This document shows positions 41,644-48,990 of a stretch of DNA of 64,000 nucleotides, one piece after another (the first letter of the stretch is position 1; each line of letters starts with the position of its first letter). The notes beneath the pieces are model-generated. The model searched no databases. It was not told where the DNA came from and saw only the letters and a program-made list of their open reading frames with translations. The position numbers were made by a program, and so were the translations under genes. Source of the DNA: an uncultured Actinomycetota bacterium (GTDB lineage: Bacteria; Actinomycetota; Acidimicrobiia; Spongiisociales; UBA4744); NCBI GenBank assembly GCA_963717135.1, contig CAVQVN010000006.1:75995-139994 (forward strand). Direction: 5' to 3'.

Positions 41644-42474
41644 CTACGTGATGATCTCGATGGCGTCTGATAGGGCGCGGATCAGGCCGAACACGGTGGC
41701 ACCTGCCAGACCGACGAAGCCGAGCAGCATGCCCGCCATGGAGGACCGGTTGGGTCTGAGGGCGTGCCACCACCACAGCAGCGTTCCGGCGGCGGCTATC
41801 ACGACGAAGACCGACGAGATGATCGGTGGGTCGCAGTCGCATGCCTGCCTGGAGAACAGCAGGAAAGGGGCGGCAAGGCCAGCCAGACCGGCACCTACCA
41901 GAGCCAGAAACGCATATACCCAGCGCCCCGTAACGTCATCGATGCCCGGTAGACGACGATCCAAGATTCCGAACATCCACTCCATGAACGCTCCGAACCC
42001 GACAAACAGACCAACAATCATCGCCACCACCAGGACGCTGTTGCCCAAGACCAAGAAGTCGAAGTTGTCAGGATTGAGAACGTCCGAGGTTGCACTACCA
42101 ACCGCAAACAACAGCAGGCCGAACGCGATCCCTCGCCACCGTCCCGCCCACGCCAACCACGGGCGAAACACGAGATACATGACCGCTCCGACAATCCCCA
42201 CCAAAACCCCGACGAAGGTCACCAGACCGAGAGTGCCGCCCAGGGTGATCTCTCCCACAGTGAACCCTGCTTCGGTGGTGGCACCCTGAGCGGAGTCGGG
42301 TGCGACGGCCCCGGCGACCCGCATGAACAGCCTTCCCCCCAAACCTCCAACCAGCAGACCCGTGACCAGACCGACGACCCCCGCCACGGTGATATGGCGG
42401 GCCAACCCCAACAGCGTCTCAAACGGCGGGGGCGACCCATTTCGGGCAGCCAGAGTTAGCCGTTGCAGAGTCAT
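41644..42474 (-). CDS. polytopic membrane protein of unknown function
   Basis: C-terminal 277 aa of ORF 41644..43254 starting MTLQRL (ATG 42474 after GAGGGAGGAC). Gly/Val/Leu-rich helices. The ORF's N-terminal 260 codons are antisense to the DM13 gene and rejected. Confidence 0.65.
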   Translation of the reverse strand: MTLQRLTLAARNGSPPPFETLLGLARHITVAGVVGLVTGLLVGGLGGRLFMRVAGAVAPDSAQGATTEAGFTVGEITLGGTLGLVTFVGVLVGIVGAVMYLVFRPWLAWAGRWRGIAFGLLLFAVGSATSDVLNPDNFDFLVLGNSVLVVAMIVGLFVGFGAFMEWMFGILDRRLPGIDDVTGRWVYAFLALVGAGLAGLAAPFLLFSRQACDCDPPIISSVFVVIAAAGTLLWWWHALRPNRSSMAGMLLGFVGLAGATVFGLIRALSDAIEIIT

Positions 42475-42906
42475 GTCCTCCCTCGCCTGCAAGGTCAACC
42501 AACCTATCAGAGAGTCGGCCCGGTTGGATAAACAAGTGGGTGGTTCCATGATTGGTGTGGCGACGGGAGCGGCCCGCAGACCGTTCCCCAACCGGCTGTG
42601 AGGGCGATAGGGTGGAGTTTGGTCGCGGTTCTTTGGGGAGCCTTGGGCGGGGCCTGCAAGCTGGAGCGCGAGATGCCCGAATTCAGTGAGGCGGGCACCA
42701 CCATCGAGGACGAGTTCGAATCGAGTAGCGAGGTTCGTGACCGTGGCGCGTCGTGATGGTCGCCCGGCGATGCCCGAATTCCGACGGTTCCCGTATTCAC
42801 CGGAACTCCTCTCGGCGTCGCACGTGGATGGTGTTTCGATCTTGTTCATCTCTTCTTGGGAATCCCTCGGGAGCAGACACGGTTCACCGATGAAAAGCGG
42901 AGGACT

Positions 42907-43506
42907 ATGACTGACCAGACCAATACCCGAACGAAACGACGCCTGCTCATGGGAAGCGGAATACTGGCCATCCCGGTGGTTGCGCTGGCTTGGTGGCTTG
43001 GTTCGCCATTGTTCCTGGATACCACCGTCGACGAGACCTTCCCCATCGTTGAAGCTGTCACACCGGACAGCAACGACCCAAGCGCCCAAGGCGATGGACC
43101 CGCGACCCCCGCAGTCCCGGCCCTCGGCACTTCTGAAGCTGAGGAAGCGGCAGCCGGACCCATCCAACTTCTCACAGGCGCATTTGTCGATGCCGACGCC
43201 GCCCATCGGGGCAGCGGATCGGCAACTATCTTCGAGCTCGAAGATGGTGCTCATGTGCTTCGTTTCGAGGACTTCGAGGTGACCAACGGTCCCGACCTAC
43301 ATGTTCTGCTCGTACCGACCGACGACCCAGTCGACCGGGAGTTCCTCTCCGACGTTGGGTATGAGAATCTCGGCAAGCTGAAGGGCAATGTGGGCAACCA
43401 GAACTACGACCTTCCTGAGGGGTTTGACCCGGACGGGTCATGGACGGTCGTGATCTACTGCGACCCGTTTCACGTCGTGTTCAGCACGGCCCGACTGTCC
43501 CGGTGA
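42907..43506 (+). CDS. DM13 domain-containing protein with N-terminal membrane anchor
   Basis: ATG 42907 after GGAGGAct. TM anchor LLMGSGILAIPVVALAWWL. DM13 signature GSGSATIFELEDGAHVLRFEDFEVTNGPDLHVLLV. Confidence 0.8.
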   Translation: MTDQTNTRTKRRLLMGSGILAIPVVALAWWLGSPLFLDTTVDETFPIVEAVTPDSNDPSAQGDGPATPAVPALGTSEAEEAAAGPIQLLTGAFVDADAAHRGSGSATIFELEDGAHVLRFEDFEVTNGPDLHVLLVPTDDPVDREFLSDVGYENLGKLKGNVGNQNYDLPEGFDPDGSWTVVIYCDPFHVVFSTARLSR

Positions 43507-43637
43507 TCGAAGGGCGGGGATCGGCGGAAGGGGTGATGTGGTCGTGGTGGCGCCCCCACTATCACTCGCCGCTGCGCCCTTGCGCCCCACCTCACTCTCT
43601 CGACAAAGGTCTTTGCGTCCATACATCCGCCCAGCTT

Positions 43638-44120
43638 TCAGGAATCTGGGGCGAAGCGGTCGTCCGCTTCACGGAGGCTTTGTGTCTCCGGGTCGTCCAT
43701 CCAGCCGTTGCGAGTGACGGCGAAGACGTCGAAGCGCTTCGAGTACGGCTTGATGTCGAGGAGGGGGGTGCCATCGAGGATATCCAATCCGTCTACGCGC
43801 AGAATCCGTCCTTCCCGGCGTAGCAAACGCACCGGGGAGATGCCGATTGGGTTGGGACGAGATGGCGCCCGGGTGGCAAAGAGGCCGCGCCGGCGAGTGT
43901 CGAGATAGGGTACGACCTTCATCTGCACCGGACCTACCCGATCGAACCACACGATCAGCCAGATCCGCTCGAACCCCTCCAGATCGTCGAGGCCTTCCGC
44001 AAATCTCTCGTACACCTCGACCGTGCCGACCGCCTCTCGCCCGGCACAAGCCGGTTGAACCGGTGTGCCCGACTGGGAGGAGAACCGGCTATGCACGATT
44101 CCTATCGGTTCAAGCTGCAC
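43638..44120 (-). CDS. tsaA: tRNA (adenine37-N6)-methyltransferase TsaA/YaeB family (TrmO)
   Basis: 160 aa, GTG start after GAAGGAAGGAAG. Motifs LEPIGIVHS, ...NPIGIS, DGTPLLDIKPY. Confidence 0.85.
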   Translation of the reverse strand: MQLEPIGIVHSRFSSQSGTPVQPACAGREAVGTVEVYERFAEGLDDLEGFERIWLIVWFDRVGPVQMKVVPYLDTRRRGLFATRAPSRPNPIGISPVRLLRREGRILRVDGLDILDGTPLLDIKPYSKRFDVFAVTRNGWMDDPETQSLREADDRFAPDS

Positions 44121-44212
44121 GATGGCTTCCTTCCTTCATCACGGGCTGTATTTGGTCTGGCGTACTGCCCATACCTCCCCGGCGGAGCAACTCTCTCCTC
44201 CATCGGGAGGCG

Positions 44213-44950
44213 TCATTTCCCAATCTCACGCCGTTGCATTGTCAGCAAGCGGACCCCTCGCATCTGCTGGAAGATCGCTCCCTCCGACAAACAACGCAGT
44301 GCCTGTTCCGCATCGGTCACACGAGTACCGGAGATCACGTCCACCCCATAGTCGAACAGAACCGGTGAAAGAGGCGCGGTAGGACCGAGAACCATCACCA
44401 AGCTGTCCGGCCGGCAGAGGCTCAACAGGTGTTCGATGGTGTGGTTGATGAAGGCACTGCCGGTTATGGCCACGACATCGGCTTGGCCAACCAGGGCGTC
44501 TCCCTCACCGGGCGTCACGTCTCCCAGTTGGGGCTCTTGCTCGATGACCCAGAGTTGGCCGGCGGCTTCGCGCAGCTCTGGCACGAACGGGAAGTGGCCG
44601 ACCAAGGCCACTCGCTTGGAGCGACCGTGCTCGATGAGGAACCGGCCGGCGTTGAGCTCGACGCATCGCGTTTCGTCGACCTCCAGCAGGGAGTTGACGG
44701 CGGCCAGACCGATGCCGGCCTCGAGCGTACTGTTGCTGAAAGCGAGCCGGACTAGGTCGGAGGCCGACCCGGTGGTCAACCGACCCGGTGTCTCTACCAG
44801 AGCCGAACCATGGAGGTGTTTTCCCGGCAATATGGTGGAGGCGAGACCGCAGAAACGGCTCCACACCGCCGTCCAGAAAGGTCCGATACGCACCTCGCGA
44901 ACAGGTGTATCCGCGTCCAGGCCGGCTATCAGGTCATCCAAGATTCTCAT
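44213..44950 (-). CDS. DUF4213/DUF364 family protein (Rossmann-like, putative metal-chelatase fold)
   Basis: ORF 44213..44983. Start chosen at ATG 44950 (MRILDDLIAGL..., family-typical N-terminus). Last gene of the Hdr-like operon. Confidence 0.7.
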   Translation of the reverse strand: MRILDDLIAGLDADTPVREVRIGPFWTAVWSRFCGLASTILPGKHLHGSALVETPGRLTTGSASDLVRLAFSNSTLEAGIGLAAVNSLLEVDETRCVELNAGRFLIEHGRSKRVALVGHFPFVPELREAAGQLWVIEQEPQLGDVTPGEGDALVGQADVVAITGSAFINHTIEHLLSLCRPDSLVMVLGPTAPLSPVLFDYGVDVISGTRVTDAEQALRCLSEGAIFQQMRGVRLLTMQRREIGK

Positions 44951-44979
44951 TGCAGCGACCGTATTCGTGCGACGCCACG

Positions 44980-45378
44980 TCAATGAAGCCGGTCGGTCTT
45001 GTTTGGCAGATCACCCCGGGCAAAGCGCTGGATTGCTTCGGAGACGCCATGCTCATCTGTGATGACGGTCTCGATGCCGACCGCCTGCATACTCTCGAAC
45101 GCACCCTGGCCCATACCGCCGGCGATGAGGAAGTCACAGTCACCGATGGTCTCCGCCATCGCCTGGTGTTTTGCCGGCGAACCATGACCGTAGCCGTGTG
45201 GTTGCCCCGGTTCCGCAAGCCCGTGATCATGGCCTGCAAACTCTTCGTGACCGACTTTGGGTCGGAGTTCCCGTGCCACCACCTCGCCAGCTTCCAGCGT
45301 CACCACCAGGTAGGAGCGGGCTCTGCCGAAGTGACGACTGACGGTCACGCCGTCGTTCGTGACCACGGCTATCTTCAC
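44980..45378 (-). CDS. NifX/NifB-like dinitrogenase FeMo-cofactor-binding family protein (Nitro_FeMo-Co fold)
   Basis: ORF 44980..45558 trimmed to GTG 45378 (VKIAVVTNDGVTVSRHFGRA...CDFLIAGGMGQGA...). Small MTH1175-like fold. Confidence 0.7.
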   Translation of the reverse strand: MKIAVVTNDGVTVSRHFGRARSYLVVTLEAGEVVARELRPKVGHEEFAGHDHGLAEPGQPHGYGHGSPAKHQAMAETIGDCDFLIAGGMGQGAFESMQAVGIETVITDEHGVSEAIQRFARGDLPNKTDRLH

Positions 45379-45410
45379 AACCCGCGTGCTTAGCCGTTCC
45401 CCGGGGACGC

Positions 45411-45662
45411 TCACAGCCGCTCCGCCAACCACAGGGCGGTCCACGCCGAGGGTGCCAGCAACGATGCCAGTTGATCGACGTCGAGCCCGTCGATGCGGTC
45501 CTGGGTTGCGCTTTCGGATATGTGCGAACAATCGCCTTCCCGGGAGGTGAGCCCGCACAGCGCCACATGACTGTGAGCGAGTTGGTGGGCCATCTCCCGC
45601 AGCGTGCCGGGATCAGCCTTGCGGAGCGCTTCCTCCACTTCGTGAAGCGTGACGACACGCAT
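45411..45662 (-). CDS. DUF1858 (hybrid-cluster-protein-associated redox disulfide-like) small protein
   Basis: 83 aa. ATG after GAGAGGAGTATCC. HVALCG and GLDVDQLASLL resemble DUF1858 LHCLGCP...GIDVDALVAEL. Confidence 0.6.
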   Translation of the reverse strand: MRVVTLHEVEEALRKADPGTLREMAHQLAHSHVALCGLTSREGDCSHISESATQDRIDGLDVDQLASLLAPSAWTALWLAERL

Positions 45663-45677
45663 GGATACTCCTCTCGT

Positions 45678-46703
45678 TTACGGTCGGACGGACAACGTTC
45701 CGACCACCGTTCTCTCTTGAGCGTGATCGACCGCCGCGGAAACCGGACAAAACGCTCTTTGGAGGAACACCGAGATGTCCTCCATCTCCAACGATCCGCC
45801 GGCTGCCTTCGACAATGAGGCCAGACAGATCGGACACATCGTGGTGACCTGCTTCCCACCAGTTGCCTTGAGCTGCTCGACCCGCTGCTGTCCAATGTCA
45901 TGGGCCTTCTTGGGGAAGAGCGCTTCGATAGGCCCACCACAGCAGTACGTGAGGTTTCTACTCGCCCGGGGTTCCCTCAGCGAATACCCGGCTCGCTCGA
46001 GCAATTGACGCGGTTGGTCAACGACACCTTCACTTCGGGCATACACACACGAGTCGTGAATAACTACATCCTCGCCGATCCGGCGCAAAGGCTCGGCGTC
46101 GGCGTCGGCCAACACCTCGAGGTAACTCTTGACCTCGATATCGAACCCGTCGATCACGGTCGGATACACGCTGCGCAGCATGTTGGTCGTGTGGGGATCG
46201 AGGGTTATGGCGTTCCGGACACCATGCTTCTTGAAGGTGGCGTATACCTTCTTGGCGTGCGCCGCCAGCGTGGCATCGACTCCCATGTCGTAGGCTAGAG
46301 CGCCGGCGTACAGATCGTCTTCGTAGAGATACCCGAACTCGATCCCAGCCTGCTGCAACAGACCGGCGATGTTCTTGAGCATCTGATCGTACTTCATGGT
46401 CTCGGATCGGGACGGTCGAGCTGCCAGCGACGACAGATTCACAAAACGGTTGGCGAACCTGCCGAGGAACACAAACCTGGTCAGGAAGGTGTCTTCGACC
46501 CGTTCCAGCAGTCCCACCATAGAGATGATGTATGGGAGCAGCTGGTACATGGCACCGGTGTAGAGCACCGTGGCTCCCCCTCGGGGAATACCCAAACCGT
46601 CCGCCCAACGGGTCGACTTCCTGGCCGACATTGGAAAGACCGAGCCCCTCTTGTTGAGGTTGTCGACCATCAGACCAACGATGTCACCGGTGGGCAAGGG
46701 CAT
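45678..46703 (-). CDS. hdrB: HdrB-like CCG-domain iron-sulfur protein
   Basis: ORF 45678..46820 trimmed to ATG 46703 (MPLPTGD) after GAGGAAGGAAC. Two CCG-type Cys-rich domains (ITLDPHTT.., DSCVYARS, YCCGGPIEALFPK, MCPICL). Confidence 0.75.
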   Translation of the reverse strand: MPLPTGDIVGLMVDNLNKRGSVFPMSARKSTRWADGLGIPRGGATVLYTGAMYQLLPYIISMVGLLERVEDTFLTRFVFLGRFANRFVNLSSLAARPSRSETMKYDQMLKNIAGLLQQAGIEFGYLYEDDLYAGALAYDMGVDATLAAHAKKVYATFKKHGVRNAITLDPHTTNMLRSVYPTVIDGFDIEVKSYLEVLADADAEPLRRIGEDVVIHDSCVYARSEGVVDQPRQLLERAGYSLREPRASRNLTYCCGGPIEALFPKKAHDIGQQRVEQLKATGGKQVTTMCPICLASLSKAAGGSLEMEDISVFLQRAFCPVSAAVDHAQERTVVGTLSVRP

Positions 46704-47037
46704 GTTGTTCCTTCCTCGCGGCGGGATCCGCATCCAGCCCGAATAGCTCGCGGTCGATGTAGCCGCGCAAAAAACGCACGTTCTCGGCAATGTGCACGTC
46801 GGCCGTGCAGTTCTCCTCACACAGTTTGCAAAGCAGGCATTGGAAGATCGACTCGGTCTGGTCGAGAACTTCTTCCTTCAACCCCAGCACCGTGTACCGG
46901 AAGAGCTTGCGGGGCATCAGATCGATCCCCAACGGGCATACCGCGCTGCAAACCCCGCAGTTCAAGCAGGCCCAGGCATTGAAATCCTCGGAGGTCGCTA
47001 CCTCTTCTGCGAATTCAAGATCGACCTTGCAAGTCAC
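46684..47037 (-). CDS. hdrC: HdrC-like 4Fe-4S dicluster ferredoxin
   Basis: 117 aa, GTG start. CLNCGVCSAVCP and CLLCKLCEENC motifs. 20-nt overlap with hdrB start. Confidence 0.75.
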   Translation of the reverse strand: MTCKVDLEFAEEVATSEDFNAWACLNCGVCSAVCPLGIDLMPRKLFRYTVLGLKEEVLDQTESIFQCLLCKLCEENCTADVHIAENVRFLRGYIDRELFGLDADPAARKEQHALAHR

Positions 47038-47285
47038 GTCGGTTGCTCCTTCTCGACCGCGGCGTAGGAGAAGTAGTCATCCTCATTGGGCTGGCCGCTC
47101 TCCTTTACCAAGCCGTACCGCCGGGCTGCCATAACCCAGTACATGACTTCGTGCGAAGGACACCCCATCGCCTGGGCGATCTCAGGTACCGTCTTCGGGC
47201 CATCCGCCAGAGCGGCCACAAGGCCGTTGCGCATGACCATTTCGTCTCGCATGACCTCGCGCGCTTCTCGCAATAGCTCAGACAT
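47034..47285 (-). CDS. small hypothetical protein between hdrA and hdrC
   Basis: ORF 47034..47306 trimmed to ATG 47285 (MSELLREAREVMRD), 8-nt overlap with hdrA stop. No recognised domain. Positionally equivalent to the 'hyp' gene of sHdr clusters. Confidence 0.5.
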   Translation of the reverse strand: MSELLREAREVMRDEMVMRNGLVAALADGPKTVPEIAQAMGCPSHEVMYWVMAARRYGLVKESGQPNEDDYFSYAAVEKEQPT

Positions 47286-48990
47286 GGACGACCCCCAACG
47301 CTTCAATCATCGCTCGAATCTGCTGGTCCGTGGAACCGCGCAACTGGAGCGCGCCTTGAGGACAAGAGGGAACGCAAGCCCCGCACCCTTTGCACATGGC
47401 CTCGCTCACCGCCGCTACCTCCTTGCCCTCAATGCGGACCTCGGCGATGGCGCCGTACGGACAGGCGCCGACACATACATCACACCAGGTGCATGCCTCC
47501 GGATCTACGGTGGCGATCAGCGGCTCCAGCTCGACATATCCTTTCTTCAAGAGGGCCGCACTCTTGGCGGTGGCCGCTAAGGCGGAAGCGACGCTTTCTG
47601 CCGAGCTCCGGGGAGCCTGGCAGGTGCCGGCAATGAACACTCCATCGATCACGGTCTCGACGGGACGGAGTTTCGGATGGATCTCCATGAAGAAGCCGTC
47701 CAGCCCGACCGGGAGTTTGAGCACATCGTTCAGGGCGTTATTGGCGCGCGGCTCCATGGCGGTCACCAGCACAACCAGATCGCTTTCGACTTCCAGCTCT
47801 TTGCCACCGGTCAGGACGTCCTTGACCGTCAATCGACAACCACCGTTGTGCAATGCGATCTGGGGAGGTTCCGAAGCGTCGAATTTGATGAAGACGGATC
47901 CCATCTGGCGGCTTTGCTGGAAGAGCGTCTCGTATTTGCCGTAGGTGCGAATATCTCGATACAAGTGGAACTGGTGCAGGGCGGGCGATCGCTCATGTGC
48001 CACCAGGGAGGCGTGCATCACGGCATTGCAGCAGTAGCGCGAACAGTATTGGTGGCCGTTGCCTTCGCAACGGTCACCTACGCAGTAGATGTAAGCGATG
48101 CTCGCCACTGGTCTGCCTTGGTATTCAAGTGGTCCCTCGGAACCGTCGAGGAGTTGTTTGAATTCGGGCAGGGTCAGCACCCGGTCGCTGCCGTAGCCGT
48201 ACTCCCCCGCGGCGGGCTGGTATACATCGAAACCGGTGGCCACGATGATGGCACCCACGTTGAGCGAGATGAGTTCGCCGGCCACTGCCAGAGTGACCGA
48301 GAAGTCGCCGATGGTCCCCGCCTTCTCGACCAGCTCAGCGTTCGTGTAGATCGTGATGTTGTCCCGCAGGTCGATGTCGTGAACCAGTTCGGCTACCAGT
48401 TCGTGCCCGACCCGATCATGCGGGTACATCTTGTTGAAACCGCCCACCCATCCCCCGACCCTGTCGGTCCGTTCGACTACAAAGGCGGAGATACCGAGGT
48501 CGGACAGGGCCAGGGCGGCCCGCAATCCGGCGATCCCGGCACCTACCACGAGTGCCCGCGGCACCGTGTCGATTCGGGTCTTTTCGAGTGGCTCGGTGAA
48601 CCGGGCTTTGGCGATCCCGGCCCGAACCATGGCAATGGCCTTCTCGGTGGCCGGCCCGGGCAGATCGGTGTGGGCCCACGAGCACTGCTCGCGTAGGTTC
48701 ACCTGAACGTACTGGTACGGGTTGAGTCCCGCCCGCTCCGCGACTCCTCGGAAGGTCATCAGGTGGAGGGTCGGCGAGCAGGAAGCGACGACAATGGCGT
48801 CCAGGTGTTGCTCCCGAATGTCGTCGATCATCTCCTGCTGGGCCGCGTCGGAGCAGGCGAACATGGTGGTCCTGGCGATCTCCACCGCGGCTTCACCGGC
48901 GACTTCGCTCCGGACCCGCTCGCAGTCGACGTAGTCAGAGATGTTTCCGCCGCAGTAGCAGATGTACACGCCGATCCGCCGGTCGTTCAT
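47278..48990 (-). CDS. hdrA: HdrA-like FAD/iron-sulfur flavoprotein with N-terminal MvhD/FlpD-like domain
   Basis: 570 aa. N-terminus IGVYICYCGGNISDYVD...TMFACSD...AIVVASCS parallels MvhD ILGFLCNWCSYAGAD...MCSGR...VLVSGCH. FAD dinucleotide motif ALVVGAGIAGL. C-terminal 2x[4Fe-4S] CTWCDVCVGACP / CKGCGACVPSCP. Confidence 0.8.
   Translation of the reverse strand: MNDRRIGVYICYCGGNISDYVDCERVRSEVAGEAAVEIARTTMFACSDAAQQEMIDDIREQHLDAIVVASCSPTLHLMTFRGVAERAGLNPYQYVQVNLREQCSWAHTDLPGPATEKAIAMVRAGIAKARFTEPLEKTRIDTVPRALVVGAGIAGLRAALALSDLGISAFVVERTDRVGGWVGGFNKMYPHDRVGHELVAELVHDIDLRDNITIYTNAELVEKAGTIGDFSVTLAVAGELISLNVGAIIVATGFDVYQPAAGEYGYGSDRVLTLPEFKQLLDGSEGPLEYQGRPVASIAYIYCVGDRCEGNGHQYCSRYCCNAVMHASLVAHERSPALHQFHLYRDIRTYGKYETLFQQSRQMGSVFIKFDASEPPQIALHNGGCRLTVKDVLTGGKELEVESDLVVLVTAMEPRANNALNDVLKLPVGLDGFFMEIHPKLRPVETVIDGVFIAGTCQAPRSSAESVASALAATAKSAALLKKGYVELEPLIATVDPEACTWCDVCVGACPYGAIAEVRIEGKEVAAVSEAMCKGCGACVPSCPQGALQLRGSTDQQIRAMIEALGVVHV

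Noticed and set aside
42475-43254. N-terminal 260 codons of track ORF 41644..43254
   Set aside because: Antisense to the well-supported DM13 gene (42907..43506). No membrane character, unlike the C-terminal part. Real start is ATG 42474 with RBS.
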